63,668 nt of DNA, filler included, from Xylographa opegraphella (GCA_022813865.1; 3 parts of 3 records of this genome joined end to end with filler, not necessarily neighbours in it); one strand, 5' to 3'. Numbered from the whole stretch's first letter, positions 1 through 16,229 are shown. Program-made: numbers and translations. The notes: generated by a model not told the origin, from the letters alone.

Positions 1-80
1 ATAAAAAATATAAAAAATATAAAAAATATAAAAAATATAAAAAATATAAAAAATATAAAAAATACAAAAAAAATAAAAAA
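1..80. repeat. Tandem 9-mer (ATAAAAAAT)n
   Basis: About 7 direct copies at the window start, then degenerate. Confidence 0.85.
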
Positions 81-438
81 AATTATATCGTAGTAAATAT
101 ACGATTTTTCAATAAAGTTTTAATTTAAGATTTATATTCGATTTTTTATAAATTAAAATTATCGCTGTAATACGCGAAATAATATATATATCGAGAAAAA
201 ATTATAATTAATTCTTTTATCAACAATAGATTTATAATTTTTATTAAAATCGCCTGGCTGTCGTATCGTATCGAAATTAAAAAATATTTGATATTATATT
301 AATTAATTACTGTAACAACCTCGTTTCTATATAAATAAATCGACGATATTATTAAAAAATATAAAGTTTATTATAAAATATATATTAACGACGCAGTAAT
401 TTATTCGAATATATTAAAAAATACTTTTTTCATTTATA

Positions 439-3400
439 TATCACGAGTTTTGAGTGCTGAACCCTAATTTAATCTGTACTTCCCTTTTTTTACTCTGTTT
501 GCATATTTTAACGAGCCATTATATAATTAAACCTTTCTTTCATAATTACAGTTCAACTCTTTTTATCACTATAAATCACAGATTCTATAATTAGGCGCTC
601 ACCTCACAAATAATAACATTATCGATATTATTTAATTTATTCAAAACACCAGAAATAGTTTATTTATTTTACCAGTCAAAGAAATTTAGCTTTTCAGCGA
701 CTCACTATTTCTATGAATTAAACTTAGTACTATTTTCGCAAAAAACCTTTATTTTTTTTATTTTTCTTTATTTCATTTTATAATCATTAATATATTTATT
801 CGTTATTTCCTGAATCATATGTTTAATAAACAACGTAGTTTTTTTATTTTTTTTTCAAAAAAAATCCCTTATTTACACTACTAAAGATATTTTTAATAGA
901 ACTTTTTATATTTATCGTGATTTTTTCGATCGAAAGCGCTGTATTAATTCAAGCCAGCTTTCGTTTCGAAGTTTTAATCGAAATTGATTGTTAATCGTTT
1001 AATACGTATTTTCGTTTTATAAAACTTTCATTAAAGAAATTACGGTCAGCAACGTTAAATTTAATAACTTTGGATTTAATTATTTTATATTATTTAATTT
1101 TATCGACTCACATTAAGTAACACGGGCAAGATTTTGAAAAATTTTAATTCAAAATCAAAATTCAATAATTAATAAAGTAATTTCGAAATTTAACGTAAAA
1201 AAATTGATCGAAATCGTTTTGTATTTGTTATTAATATTTTTTTAAAAAATAAACATTAACAAAGTTTTTACGAGAAATTTTAATTTTTTTACAAATTTTA
1301 TTATTTTTATTAATAATCGATTAAATACCCGTAACGAAAAATTGTTTAAAAAATCGAACGTACCTGAATTCTTAAATACTTTAAAAGGTTAAAAAACAAA
1401 AACTAATAATTATTATTATTATTAAAGTATTAAATTTAGTAAAGGTTAGTAAAGAAAATCTTTTAAAATGAATAATTCAATATATATAAATTAATAATTT
1501 AATATATATAAATTTATAATTTAATATATGTAAATTTTAATTTTAATAAATTTCTATTTTAATAAATCTTTATTTTAATAAATTTTTATTTTAATAAATT
1601 TTTATTTTAATAAATTTTTTAATTCCTCCGGTTCGTTTAACCCAGTTTGTCAAAACAATTAAAATAATAGAAACGAAAGTAATAATTACTAAAAAATAAT
1701 CGATATTGATTTATTTTACTTAAATATATTAAAAAATTAAAGTAAAAAAATATCGCTAATAAAAATTCAAAGAACTATTATAGAAATACTTAGAGTTTTA
1801 TATATTAATATACATATCGTGGTAAATACTAAAAATACAGTAAAAATACGATAAAACTTAAATATATACTTTCGTAGCGAGGTCGAATTATAATAAAATA
1901 TTTAATTTTATAGAATTATAAAACTTAATTTAGTAATTTATTTAAATAGCGTTAAAGAATTTTATAAAATTTTAAAACGACGTTTTCGATCGTTATTAAG
2001 CAAAATCTATAATAAAAACGTTAATACGCGTTATATTATAAAAAATATACAAAATCGCCGTAGCCTCGTAAAATATATTAATATACTTATTATTATTACA
2101 AAAAAAATATAATTAAAAAATAAATAAATTTAAACTCGTACTTCAAGCCTAAATATATAGTAATTTATTTTCTAAAAAATCACTAAATAAACCAAATATC
2201 AATATTATTATATAAATGTTTTTAAAACTTTAAAATGACAACAAAGAAATTAATTTCATAGTTATAAATTGTTTAACCGTTCGCAATAAAACAATTAAAT
2301 TTATCTTAAATTTAACTTTAAAATAAATAAAATCAAACCCCTTTTTATTCTTTAAAAAGTGATTCTCAAAATAATTCGAAATTTTTTAAATATTCTCGAT
2401 TATTTTTTAAGATTTTTTTTCTATAAAATACCTTTTTTAAGCTTTTTTCAAGATTATTTAAACCGTTCTTTTGTTATTCAAACGCTTTTTTAGTAAACGC
2501 AGTTTAATAATCACAGCAACTATTATTATTTAATTGTAAAAATATACTAAATAATTAATTTTAAACTTAAACTACGTTTAACGCGAACGAAAAAGCGTTA
2601 AAATATTTTTAAAAAAATATATATTTATTGAATTACATGGTTATTAAAGTAGCTACCAGCCGTCGAAGCAGCGATTAATAATATGTTATAATAAAAACGC
2701 TAAAAATATTAAGAATCTAAAATCGATTATTATTAATATTAAAAAAAACTTTAATAATGAGCAACTTTAAACCTATTATAATCAAAATTATTATAAAAAT
2801 TATCATAATTAAAGCTATTACGACGCCCGAAACGAACAAAATCAAAGTTATAATATTTATTTAAATATTCAAAATTTTGTAAAAAACGATAAATTCGCGG
2901 CATACTTCGCAATATCGAAATATTAATACAATACGTACGACACGATTTTTACATCGCGAAATAAATTCTTCGCGTAATTTAGAAAAAAGGGAAATATTCT
3001 AAATACACCTTTTTTCTAAATAAATAATAGCCAAATCAAATTTTATAGCAAATGATAATATTATTGTAGCTATTTTTTATATCTTAAAATTAAACGCCGT
3101 TTAATTATAAACTGGCGATTTCAACTTCTGAGAATAATATTATATTACAGCGTATATAAAAATTTTAGTAAATATATTTTCGTATAAATATATTTAATTT
3201 AGGCTATATAATAACTTTAATTAATTCAATTTTTTTACTCGAGTAAAATATAAAGGCGAATATTTTAAAAATAATTCTATTTTACCGTTCGAAAAATCGA
3301 TACTAATAAATATCGAATTAAAAAATACGTTACTTTAAACGTTTATTTTTTTTTGAATAATTTCGCAAACGATACGCCCGCGATAGTTTATATTGTTAAA

Positions 3401-6400
3401 AAACGTATTTTATAAAAAAAATTTAAACCGAATTCTTGTATCGAAAGAAACTTTTTCTGCTTAAAAATCTTTATTCTTAACCTCGATAAAAGGAAAACTA
3501 TTATTAATAATTATAAAAATATAATTGTTAATATAACTATTACGCCTCGTACTATTAAAAAATTTAAAAAAAATGTTTTTATTTCAAAAAGTATTACACT
3601 CCCGCCTTATATTAAAACGCTTATCGTAGTTTAATATATTAGAAAGTTTTCTCTCCATTGCAATTTCGTTTTCGAATTAATGTATAAAATTTTTTATATA
3701 TATATAATAAATATAAATCTTTTTTATATTTATATAATAAATAATATTCTTTAACTTATAACAATATCGCGGAAAACAAACCTTGATAATTTTATGAAAT
3801 ACGACGTTAATAAATATTTTTTAATTAAACGAAATAAAATTAACGGTATATGTTAAAAATAATAAAAATATCGTAAATTTTTACTTCAATTTTCGATACC
3901 TTCTAACATAATATATCGTCGAAAAAATAAAATAAATACTTTTAAATAAAGTTATTATTTACCATAAAAAATTATTCGTCCCGGTAAAAATCGTTAAAGT
4001 AACAAATAATTTCTTAAAATTATAAATAAATAATAATAACGTAATAAATATTCTCAAAACGAAGTAAATAAAATATCATTAATGAATAATTAATAATCGA
4101 TTTATAAATGAACCTTTTAAATATGTTTATTTGACTTTAAAAATCGTAAAATCGTTAATAAATAATTCAATAAACTTTATATATAAAATAAAATAAAATA
4201 ATTTTAAAAAGTTATACTATTTAGCTACCTATATTCCGTAGTTTAAAAAAATTAAAGAAATCAAAAAATCGTATCGTCGTTAATATACGATTTTTAAACA
4301 AATTTTTATTTTTGAATTTATATTTTAATTTTTTATAAATAAAGATTATCGCTGCAGTACGCGAAATAATATAAATATAAATCATAAATTACATTTTCTT
4401 TTATTTATAATAAATTTATAACTTTTATCGAAGTCGCCTCGCAGTCGTATTATATTAAAAATTAAAAATATTTAATACTATATTAATAAATTACTGTAAT
4501 AGCCTCGTTTATATATAAAAGAAAATCGACGATATTACTAAAAATATAAAATTTATTATAAAATATATATTGACAATGTAATAATTTATTCGAATATATT
4601 AAAAAACATTTTTTTGTTTTATATGCAGTTTTTCGTACCTTTTAAATATAATATATCTTTGATCCTAAATAAATTCTTATTAAATGACTCAAGCGTAAAT
4701 TTATTCAGTAAAATATTAATACGTTTAATTTTGCAACTGCAAAATATAAAAATAATTTTTTTTTAAAATTTCCTACGATATTACGCAAACTCGAAACGTA
4801 TTTAAAAAATAATTAGATATCTTTATAATTACGTCGCGAAATATATTTATTTAACGTTATTATTAAAAAATATAAAGAAAAATACAATTAAAATCTCGTT
4901 AAACATAATATTATGAATATACGATATAAAAAACGATATTGAATTTACTCGTAAATAATTCCATTTTAGTTAAATTTAAAAATTTTAAAAATTTTTAAAA
5001 CGTTTTTAACAATTCGTTTATATTAACGCATTTTAATTTATTTCGATAGCTTTTCTACAATATTAAATACATTATATAAACGCGAAATAAAAATTTATAT
5101 TTATTATACCAAAAGTATTAACGAATATTGGAATAAGTTTATAATTTTATTTAATATTAAATTACTTTTTAAAATAATAATCGCGAAGGTTACAGGCCTA
5201 TTATTTATATTTTATATTTTACATTTAATTTATTATTCTTTATATTTAATTTATTATATTTTATATTTAATTTATTATATTTTTAAGTAAAACTTTAATT
5301 AATATAAAAAAGTACTAGTTTATTAAAAGAAAATAGTATATTTAATTAAAATTATTACAAAAACTAACATATATTAACAGTCGTAGAAAAATTAATCGCG
5401 ATGATATATATTAATATTTTACGATTATTATTATCGCGATTTAGATTAATTTATTAATTATAAATATCGAGAAATTTCATTTATAACTGGTTAAAACTTT
5501 GAAATATTTTCAAAGATTTCAATTTATTATTGAATATAAACTCCGCCGATTTTATATGATATTAAATATTATTTTTAAATTAAATAACAACGATACGCGT
5601 AACGACCACGATAATTTTTATAACAAATTTAATTATTTATATAATTATTAGGTGATTATAATAGAAATATCGTTTATTTTCAAAGTTAAATTTATAATTA
5701 AATACAAAAACCATACCCGTTAACGTGCAATTTTGCAAAAAATTCGTAAAAACGATATTTTCAAAATATACGCGGCATTTCTCCCGTACGAAAAATAAAC
5801 GAATATTTATATTTAATAAATTTTAATAATAATTAAAAAAATTATTTATATTTTATATTTTATAATTTAATAAAAAATATATTATATATAATATAGGATT
5901 TATACGATTATTCTGGATACTATTATATATAATATAAAATTACGGTTTTTCAATATATTTATGAACTTAAATACTATTTTAAGGTATATATTAAATATTG
6001 TTAATTATATTTTAAAAAGTAAATCAAATGACACAAATTTTAGGAAAATTTTTAGCCAATTTTAACGCTCGATGTTTTTTATTACTGCGTAACGATAATT
6101 TTTATTTTTATTTTATTAAAATTATAATAAAAATTCGACTGCTGCCTTATCGTAACGTATAAATTTAATAAAAGATTGAAAATTTTTAAAATTAATTTTG
6201 CTACGGTAAAGAATTAAATTAAAAAAAACTTAATATATTTTTAAATCGTCGAATAATTCATTTCAAAGATTAAATTTTTTATTTTAAATAAAAAAATTAT
6301 TAAAATTATAAAAAAAGCTCTTTCGAATTTTAAAAATAAAATAATTATATTTTATTATACGTCACTTTTAAATCGACGATTAATTGAAAAAATTAATTAA

Positions 6401-7499
6401 ACTGTCGAAATAACCTTGATATATAATCGTAAAATTAAAAATATTTAAAAGTTAGTCGAATTTTTTAATAATATTATAAATAATATGTAATAATTTAATA
6501 AATTCTATTATCGTGAAATTCGCTAACAAATTACGCAAAAATTACGTTTAAACGAAAAATTTAATATATTAAATTTCATAATTTTTTTGATAAATCCCGA
6601 TGATAAAAAAGCGACGCATAATTTTCAGCGATATATAATAAAAATTAAAAAAAATAATAACTTTTACGAATATATCGGCAAAAAATACTATAATAAAAAA
6701 TATATCGTAATTTTCTTATTATTCGACGATTACGCGATAATCCGTTTGTACGAAAAATATAATATTTTTATCGTTTTTAATAAAAAAACTTTTTTTATAC
6801 GCAAAAACTTTTAAAATTTTTAAAAAAAAATTTAATGTATCGATTTAAACTCCTTATAAATTAAAAAATTTATTTATTTTTATAATTGTACAATTTAATC
6901 ATACGCTAAATTTAAAGTTCGGTTTTTATTGTAAATTTATCCTCGATTAACCTACAGCGATATATGTTAATAGTTACGAAAATAAATCCTTTAAAATAAA
7001 TCGATTATTAAATAAACGGGAAAAAGTAATTTCATAGAAAATTTATCGTAAAATATTTAATCAAATAAAAAGAATACGAGGCGAAATATAATAAATATTT
7101 TAAAAAAAATTAGGCGAGGCACGAAAGTTCGTTCATATTTATAATAAAGCTACGAAAAATATATACTCAATACGCTCGGCCGAAGACTATTAAAAATAAT
7201 AATAAAAAAATTAATATATTATTGTTAGCGAAAAGAAAGAATCGATTAAAAAAATTATTTAAACGTGTTTATATTATATATAAATTTTATTCAGCGTAAG
7301 CGCCAAATTTTTCTTAATTAAAAGAATTTATTACGAGTTTTCAATATTAAATTCTAATTTAATTTATACTTTTCTTTTTTTGTTTTATTTTAATATTTTA
7401 GCGAGTTATGATATAATTAAATTTTCCCTTCATAATTACAATTCAGCTTTTCAATACCACTATAAATTATAAATTCTGTAGTCAGGCGTTTATTTCATA
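439..7499 (+). mobile_element. Full-length Gypsy/chromovirus LTR retrotransposon, family B, copy B2 (RIP-degraded)
   Basis: LTRs 439-608 and 7329-7499 (~170 bp); TSD TTATA/CTATA (one C>T); degraded RT YxDD at ~4566; chromodomain-like relic at ~6980-7100 (YLIK*KEYEAKY, from YLIKWKGY). Confidence 0.85.
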
Positions 7500-9902
7500 C
7501 TATACGTAATTCTTTTTGTGTTTTTTAAATATAATATATATTTAACCCTAAATAGATTTTTCTAAATTATTTGAACATAAATTTATTAAATTAAAAAATC
7601 AATACTTTCGATCTCGTAATTACAAAAAAAAGTTATTATTTATTATTATTTTGAATTTTTGTTAACGTTGCGTAAATTAAAAACGTATTTGAGAATAATT
7701 AAACATTTTGGTGATTAAATTGCGAAATATATTTATCTAATATTATTATTAAAAAATATAAAATAATATATAATTAAAACCCGTAAAGTACAACGCTATT
7801 AATATACGACGTAAAAAACAATAATTTACTCATTTATTAATAATTCGATTTTAATTAAATTAAATTTTTTTTAAAAAGTTTAAAAACGTTTTTAATAATT
7901 TATTTATTTTGAACTATTATAATTTATTTGAATAATTTTTTGCTATATGAATATGTTTTAAAAGCGCGAAATTTTTTTTATATTTATTATGTTAAAAATA
8001 TTAATAAATATCGAGATACGTTTATTAGTTTATTTAAGATTATTTTTTTAAAACAATCGACGTTAAAATTATAAATTTATTATTTATATCGAAATATTTT
8101 AGTATTTGTTTTATTATATTTTTGAGCAAAGTTTCATTTAAAGGGAAAAGAATATTAATTTATTAAAATAAAAATAGCGTGTTCAATTTGAATTATTAAA
8201 AAAACTCGATATATTCTAAACATTGTAACAATATTCATCGTAATAATATATATTAATTATTTTATAATGACTGCTATCGCGATTTAAAATAACTTATTTA
8301 TTATCAATATTAAAAAATTAATTTACGATTTCTTAAAATGTTAAAATATTTTTAAAAGTTTAAATTTATCGTTAAATACAAGCTCGAATAATTTTATATC
8401 GTATTAAACATTATTTTCAAATCAAATAACGATAACAAACGTAACGATTATGATAAATTTTATAATAAATTTAATTCTTTATATAATTATTAAATAATTA
8501 TAATAAAAATATTATTTAATTTCGAAATTAGATTTTCTTATTAAGTATAAAGAAGATAATCGTTAACGTAAAATTTTTAAGAAAATTCGTAAAAACAATA
8601 TTATCACAATATACGCGGTATTTCTCCCGTACGAAAAAAATAACGAATATTTTTATTTAATAAATTTTAAAAATAGCCGAAAAAAATTATATATACCGTA
8701 TAATTAAATAAAAAACGTATTATATATAACGCACGATATATACGATTATTTTAAATACTATTATATTTATAAAAAAATTACGATTTTTTATATAATTATT
8801 AAATCAATTTTTATTTTGAAATATATATCAAATATTGCTAATTATATTTTAAAAATCAAATTAAACGGCATAAACTTTTAAAAAATTAATTAATTTTAAC
8901 GCTTGAAATTTTTTATTATTACGTAATAATAAATTTTATTTTCGCTTTATTAAATTTACAATAAAAATACGACCGTGTCACGAGTTATGAATTCTGAACT
9001 TTAATTTAATCTGTACTTCCCTTTTTTTGCTCTGTTTATACATTTTAGCGAGTTATTATATAGCTGAATTTTTTCTTTATAATTACAATTCAATTTCTTT
9101 ACATTATTATAAATCACAAATTCTATAGTCGAACGGTCACTTTAAAAATATTAACATTATATTATTTAATTATTTAAAATATCAGAAACAGCTCGCTTAT
9201 TTTACTAATTAAAAAATAATTCTTCGACAAATTACTGTTTTTATAAATTAAACTTAATAATTTCGGAAAACCTTCAATTAGATTTTTATTTTATTTTATA
9301 AATATAAAATATTTTTTCAATTAATATATTATTATTCCTGAACTGTATACTCAGAAAATATTTAATCGCTATAAATGGCGTGAATTTTTTTTTCGATAAT
9401 ACCCCCAGCCTGTACTATTCAAAATACTTTTAGTAAAGTTTTCTGTATTTATCATAGTTTTTTTAGTCGAAAACGCTGTAATAATTCGAATCTCTTTTCG
9501 TTTTAAAGTTTTTATTAAAATCGATTATTAATTTGTTCGATAGGTCTTTTCGTTTTTGAAAGATTTTATTGAGCAGGTTACGATTAACAACGTTAAAATT
9601 ATTGACTTTTAATTTAATCGGTTTAAATTAATTTATTTCATTAGTTTATTTTAAGCAATACGGGTAGAATCTTCAAAAATTTTAATTTAAAAATAAAATT
9701 AAGCAGTCGATAAAGTAATTTTAAAATTCGACGTAAAAAAGTTTATAGAAGTTGTTTTATATTTACTATTAATATTTTTATAAAAAAATAAATATCAAAG
9801 GAATTTTTACTGTAAATTTTAATTTTTTTACAATTGTTATTATTTTTATGAATAATCGATTAAGTACTCGTAACGGAAAATAATTCGAGAAATTGAACGT
9901 AT

Positions 9903-12900
9903 TGTTACGATTCTGGTTCTCATTAATATAGTTTGATTAAGGATCTGGGTCGAATTCGTCAATAAATAAATAAAAAGGCACAGTAATAAATTTATCGTTT
10001 TCAAAAGTTAATAATTTTCGTACAGTATTATATTAAAACTTATTAATTTAGAATTATAATATAAGTTGAGTGCGTTTTTTATAATAAAGGAAATCCTTTA
10101 TTTTATGTAAAAGTTTTATTATAAAATGCCTTTCATGCCTCCCGAGGGAGGCCATTAAAACAAAGAGATTATGTCTTTCATGGCTTTTAAGAAAGCAAAG
10201 AAAATATTCGAAATAAAATTCCCCCGACCTTTATTTTATATAATATTGATTAGAATTCTATTATTAATTTTTCCCGCTAAATTCTTGTTTTGAAAAGAAT
10301 TTTAGCAGTTTTTTGTATTATATTAAAATATAAATTCTTTAGCGTCTATCGTCGAAAGGTTTAATCGCATAATATTCGTAATAAAGAAAAATTTATAATA
10401 CATCCTTGCAATCGCTGTATTAAAAAACATTCAATTTACGAAATCTTTTCGAAGTCGAAGTTTTACGTAAATTATATTGCCGTTAAAACTCGTTATTCTT
10501 TAATTATTATTAAAGCCGATCGTCGTGACTCAAAAAAACGAGAAAATAAAATAAAACGATAAATAATTAAATTAAAAAAAGCCTTTGGTCGTAAAAAACG
10601 TCGGCTTTTGAATATCAAAAATAAGGAACAAAAGATATTTTAGCGTAAAATATTTAACATCGAAACCCTAAAAAATAATAAACGTCGGGAGGCGAAAGCT
10701 TTTATCAACGATTTTTTTTAAAAAAAATCTTTTTCTTTCTTTTCTCCTAGGACTTTAAAAGCTATTTTTTAAATTTTTTAACTTTATTTAATAATACTGT
10801 CGAAGAAGCTCCTGGTAGTTTTTAACATTAGTAAATAATTTCTAAATATTATTTAACTCTGGGTATCCCTTTTATTTGATTAAATAATTTTAACTTTGTT
10901 TATCCAGAATTTTCTCTACTTCGAATTTTATTCTTTTTTTATTATATCGAAAGGTTATTTATAATAAAGTACTCGCGTGCGCTGATTCTATTAAAAAAAT
11001 ATAAAATATTAAATATATTTTTACGTCTTTTGGCAGGTTGAGGAAATAGTTGATTAATCCTTCAACTTGCTTGATTAAAAATGGTCCGATTTTATTATAA
11101 TCAAGCCTTTTGCCCCGATTATTGCTAATTATTGAATTCTTTGTAAAAAGGTATATATTATTCCCCTTCTTTAGTCAAAATTCTTTTTTTATTACTATAT
11201 TTTACAGCAATAATTTTATTACTATATTTTACAGCAATAATTTTATTATTACTTTGCTAAATCCTTGCCGCTAGCGCTTTATACGTATTCTTTATATTTT
11301 TAGCTAATATTTATTACTCTGTTAATATTTGATTTTAATTTTTTTTTAAATAATTTGGGATAATAACTCGCATTCGCGAAAAATAACGATAATTTTATTA
11401 TTGTAAACTATTTATCGTTTAGTGCTAATTATTTTAAAAGTAATAAAATTATTTAACTATTTTATTTAAAGTTGATACAGTATTTTATTGAAAGTTGATA
11501 CAGTATTTTAAATATATTTTTAAACTTTAATTTATTCTTTTTATTTCATCGTCTGTCTGTGGGTCATAAACGAATGACATTTTCAGTTTAACTTTTAGTT
11601 TAAACATTCAAGTCTTTTAGAAATTCGATATAAATAGCTTATTTTTATTAAACGTTATTCCCGCTGAAAAATCATAATTTTTATTAGTTTATCCAAAAAA
11701 AGAAAAGTTAATTATTTTACTATAAACGTGTTTTTAAAAGGTATAATAATAAAGTACTTAGTAAATTCATTTATAAATATTATTATCGAGTCCTACTTTA
11801 ATCTCGTAGTTAGATTTTCTAACTTTAGCAGTTTTATAGTAAAATCAATTAAAATTTGCTCCGATGATTTCTTTAAAATTTTTAAAAATTAAAAATTTTC
11901 GTCTATCGCGTGTTTTGCTGATTGACTTTTTTAAATACGATATGTATTTTTAATTTGTTGTTTATATGTTTTTTTATATTTAGAAACTCGTAATTCCTCT
12001 TTATAAACTTTATTATTTTAATAACTTTTAAATATTTATTTACTGAACCATCGTAATAATATTTGATTATTTCTTCTGATAATAATTCTATTAAATCTTT
12101 AGTAATGACTTTTATCTCGAAAACCGCGATTTATTTTGCAGAAATAAAATTTTTATTGCCATTTTTTTGTAGCAACGCTCCGTTTATTGGTTCTTTATTT
12201 ATAAAAAAAATTTCTTAAGTATATTTACTTTTCTATTGTCTTTGCCTGGTATATATATAATTTTGAATTTATATTGTTTTCAAAGTTTTATCCACCTTAT
12301 TTATTTTCTATTAAGTACTTTAGTTGTTGTAAAGTTTAATAGATTTTTATAATTTATATAAATAATAAACTCGAAGCAATTTTCTACGTATACTCTTTAG
12401 TTTTAAATAAATACTACCGTAGCGAATAGTTCTTTGTCGTAAATATCATAATTCTATTCTATTTATGTTATTTTTTTAAATAATATACAATAAAGTGCCA
12501 TTTCCCGTTATGTATTTACAGTAAATATGCGCCTATTATTAAATTTAATACGTTTATTTTAATTTTTATGGGTTTTTTTACCTAGAATATTATTAAAACT
12601 AATAGTTTTATACAATTTTTTTTAAAATATTAAAAGCTCGTTGGTGGTTTAAATTTTATCTAAAGTTTATATTTTAGATATCAAACTCGTTAGAGATATC
12701 GCCTTTTTCGAGTAATCTTTAGGAAAAGTTATATTAAAGTTTGCAAACTCTAGAAATCCCAAGATTTCTTTCGCTATTATTAATTAAAGCTATTTAAATA
12801 TAACCCGTATTTTTTCTAAATTAATTTTACTTTCGTTTCTACTACTTATAAATTCTAGAAAAACCATTTTATTTTTGTTGAATTTATATTTTTCTGGTTT

Positions 12901-15900
12901 AAAAAGCAATTTTGTTTTTTTCTAAGTATATAAATACTTTTCATATATATTTTATATATTCCTTTGCTAATTTCGAGTAGATAAATATATCGTTTAAATA
13001 AACTACTATCGTTAGGTTTAAATATGTTTTTAATACGTTGTTGGTTAATACCTAACAAATAATTAAAGCATTAATTGATTTAAAACGTATAATTTAATAC
13101 TCGTAGTGTTTATATCTGCTTCGAAATACAGTTTTTCAATCCTCGCCTTTTTTTATTTAACTAAATTATATATGCTTTTAAAATTAAATTTAATAAAATA
13201 ATGTGCTTTGCTAAGCCTGTTTCCTATTTTATTAATTTTTAGTAGTAATTATCGATTTTTAATTATAATATTACTTAACTTTCGGTAATCAATACAAGGT
13301 TTTAAACTTTTATTTTTCTTAGGTATAAATATTACAAAATATTCTACTAAAAGTTTTGATTTTCGTATAAACTTTTTTTCAGACTTTTATTAATATAATC
13401 ACGAAACTCTCGAGGTTCTTTTTTCAATATATTATATATAAATTTAAATATCGACTTCTTCCCTGGTTCGAGGTTGGGTTCACAATCCCAAGGTTGATGC
13501 TTAAATAAGATATAAAACTTTTCCTTTTCCTAAAAAAGTTATATCCACGTTTTATATTCTTTAGAAATATTAAAAAATGCGTTGCTTTTTTTTGAACTCT
13601 GATTTAATTTATAATACTAACCCTTGCTGGTGCGTATCGAGCCGAACCTTCAAATAAAATTATTTTTATTCGAAAATAAAATTTCTATAATTTTGATCGA
13701 TTTTCGATTTTTTTTATTTACCATCGTTCTTTGTCGATATATAAAATATATATTAACAACGCGGCTAATATACTTTTTAATAAATATTTCTTTATTTTAG
13801 TTTAAAAACACGTTGTGCTTGATCCATTAAGATAAATTTAAAATAATATAATATTTGAGTATAATGATCATACTAAAGACTATTTTTTTATAATATTAAT
13901 AAAGAGCAATAGAAAGTGGCCTTATATGCCGTTTGTTTTTCTTTTTTAATAACCCGTCGGCCATAATTATTTAAATTTATTTTAAAATCAAAAACTCGAA
14001 GTCGCAGCTCTTCGCGAAAGCGTTAAAAATATAATTTAAATTATTTTTAATATTTAATAATACGGTTGTTCGGTAATTGTTTATTTTAATCGAAATTTTT
14101 ATATGATTTATATAATTTATATAATTTATGTAATTTATGTAATTTATGTAATTTATGTAATTTATATAATTTATATAATTTATGTAATTTATATAATTTA
14201 TATAATTTATATAATTTATATGATTTATATGATTTATATGATTTATATTCTTTTAGTGTATTTTAAAATGTATTATATGAATTTATATATTTATTTTTTA
14301 TAATATAAAAAAATTACTGCTCCTGGTAGCCGTAGATTTCTTTAATTTTTATATATATTATATATTTTTTATGGAAATACTATTGCTATAACGAATTTCC
14401 GTAATCGTTTTTTTTTCGAACGAATTTTATATATAATAAAACTGTAGCAAAATTCTTGTATATATTTTAAAAATTATAAATATTTTTATTTTTTTCTAAG
14501 ATATCAAGAGCACTTATTTTTTAAATATTTATTTTAAATTTTAATATTATAATAGGCTTTTCCTGTGTAGTTATTATAATTATAATTCTTCTAATAAATT
14601 TTACAGTAAGCGCTTGTACAAATACTATTATATATTATATTATAATACGAATGGTCTGGGTTTAGTCGATAATTTTATATATTTATTTTTTTAGTTCTTA
14701 TCGGCGTTGTTGGCTTGTTAGTTTTTTTATAAATTCAATTCTCGGGATTGTCTGGCCCGATATTTTATTCCTCAAAACTTTTCTTAATTTACAAACTATT
14801 AATATTTAAATCGCTTTTTTCGTTATTATTTATTTCCATTAAAAGGCTATGTTTTGTATTAAATATTGATTTTTTATAAATTAATCTTTTCGTATTTTTT
14901 GCCAATACTAATTTAATCGTTTAAAATTAAAGTAAGTTTCGTATTTCTTTCTTGTATAAAAACAACTGGTTAGTTTTTTTTCTAAACTTCGACTTCATCG
15001 AAAATTTTAAATATATATTTCTTTATAAATCAGGCATTTTATTCTTTGATCGACAATTTTTAATAATATAGTCGATTTTTTTATATACGTAATAAAAAAT
15101 TTAATTTTTTACCCCGTAAATACTATTTCTAAATCCCTGCTTTTGCTTTTAATATATATTTATTTCTATTAATATTGATTTATAAAGATTTAGCGTTTTA
15201 TGTAGTTCTTTTTTGCTTTAAAGCCGCTTTTTTAATAATAATTAATTTTTATTATACCTTCGATTTCGTATCTGCGTTTTCTAGTCTTTTCGTACAGTTT
15301 ATTATTAATTTTTATATATACCTCGATCATCTGATTTATAATTTTAATTATAGTATTAATTTTTATTAATTTATTCTTTACCGAATCTTTAAATCCCCTG
15401 CGGTATATTATTATTAAATTATCGTCGTTTTATTTAGTCTGGATTACAAACTGTAAAAATCGAGTCGAATACTCTGCACAAAATCTTTTTTATTTAAAAT
15501 ATTCTATAATTTGTATCGCTATATTTTTCTCGTTCGATAGTCTAAAAAAATTTTTAATTTCGATTTTGACCATCGCAACGTTTTTTAACCATTTAAAATC
15601 TTCGTCGTTAGAATTTTTAAAATATTTTTTAAAATAAAAAACGATTTATTTTTAAGCTTGTCCACGTTATATATTCTTAAAACTCGAAAAAATATATTTA
15701 TTTATATAAATCAGTTCTTTAGGTAATTTTCATTTTTGTATATTTATCGAGTTTTTTTTATTTTAATACGATTATCTTTTTTCATAATATTTTTTCTGTT
15801 ATTTTTTATAATATTTAAATTTAAATTTGATCGTGCTTTTAATGCATTTATTTTTAAAAGTATTTAAAATATTACGATTTTGTTTTTTATTGATATAGTT

Positions 15901-16229
15901 CGATTAGGGATTGAAATTGAATTTATTAATAAATAAATAAAAATATATAATAGTAAATTTATCGTTTTCCAAAAATTAATAATTTTCGTAAAGTATTGTA
16001 TTAAAACCTACTAATTTAAAATCATAATATAAATTAAATACGCCTTTTATAAAAAAGGAAATTCTTTACTTTATATAGAAGTTCTGTTTTAAAATACTTT
16101 TTATGCCTCCCAAAAAAGCCATTAAGGCAAAAGGGTCATGCCTTCCCTGCCTTCTGAGGAGGCAAAGGAGACATCCGGAATAAGGTTCCCCGACCCCTGT
16201 TTCACACAACATTGGTCAGAACCTTATCA
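9903..16229 (-). mobile_element. Full-length Gypsy/chromovirus LTR retrotransposon, family A (RIP-degraded)
   Basis: LTRs 9903-~10263 and ~15870-16229; perfect TSD CGTAT (9898-9902, 16230-16234); minus-strand chromodomain relic EVEKILDK...YLIK*KGYPE at ~10790-10925; PPT-like AGCGGGAAAAA next to the left LTR. Confidence 0.9.
14101..14248. repeat. Tandem 9-mer (ATTTATATA/ATTTATGTA/ATTTATATG)n inside element A
   Basis: About 16 copies; source of the spurious IYI/IYV/IYM ORF. Confidence 0.85.

Noticed and set aside
1..80. Terminal repeat as a possible telomere
   Set aside because: Not TTAGGG/CCCTAA-like and runs straight into a B element fragment.
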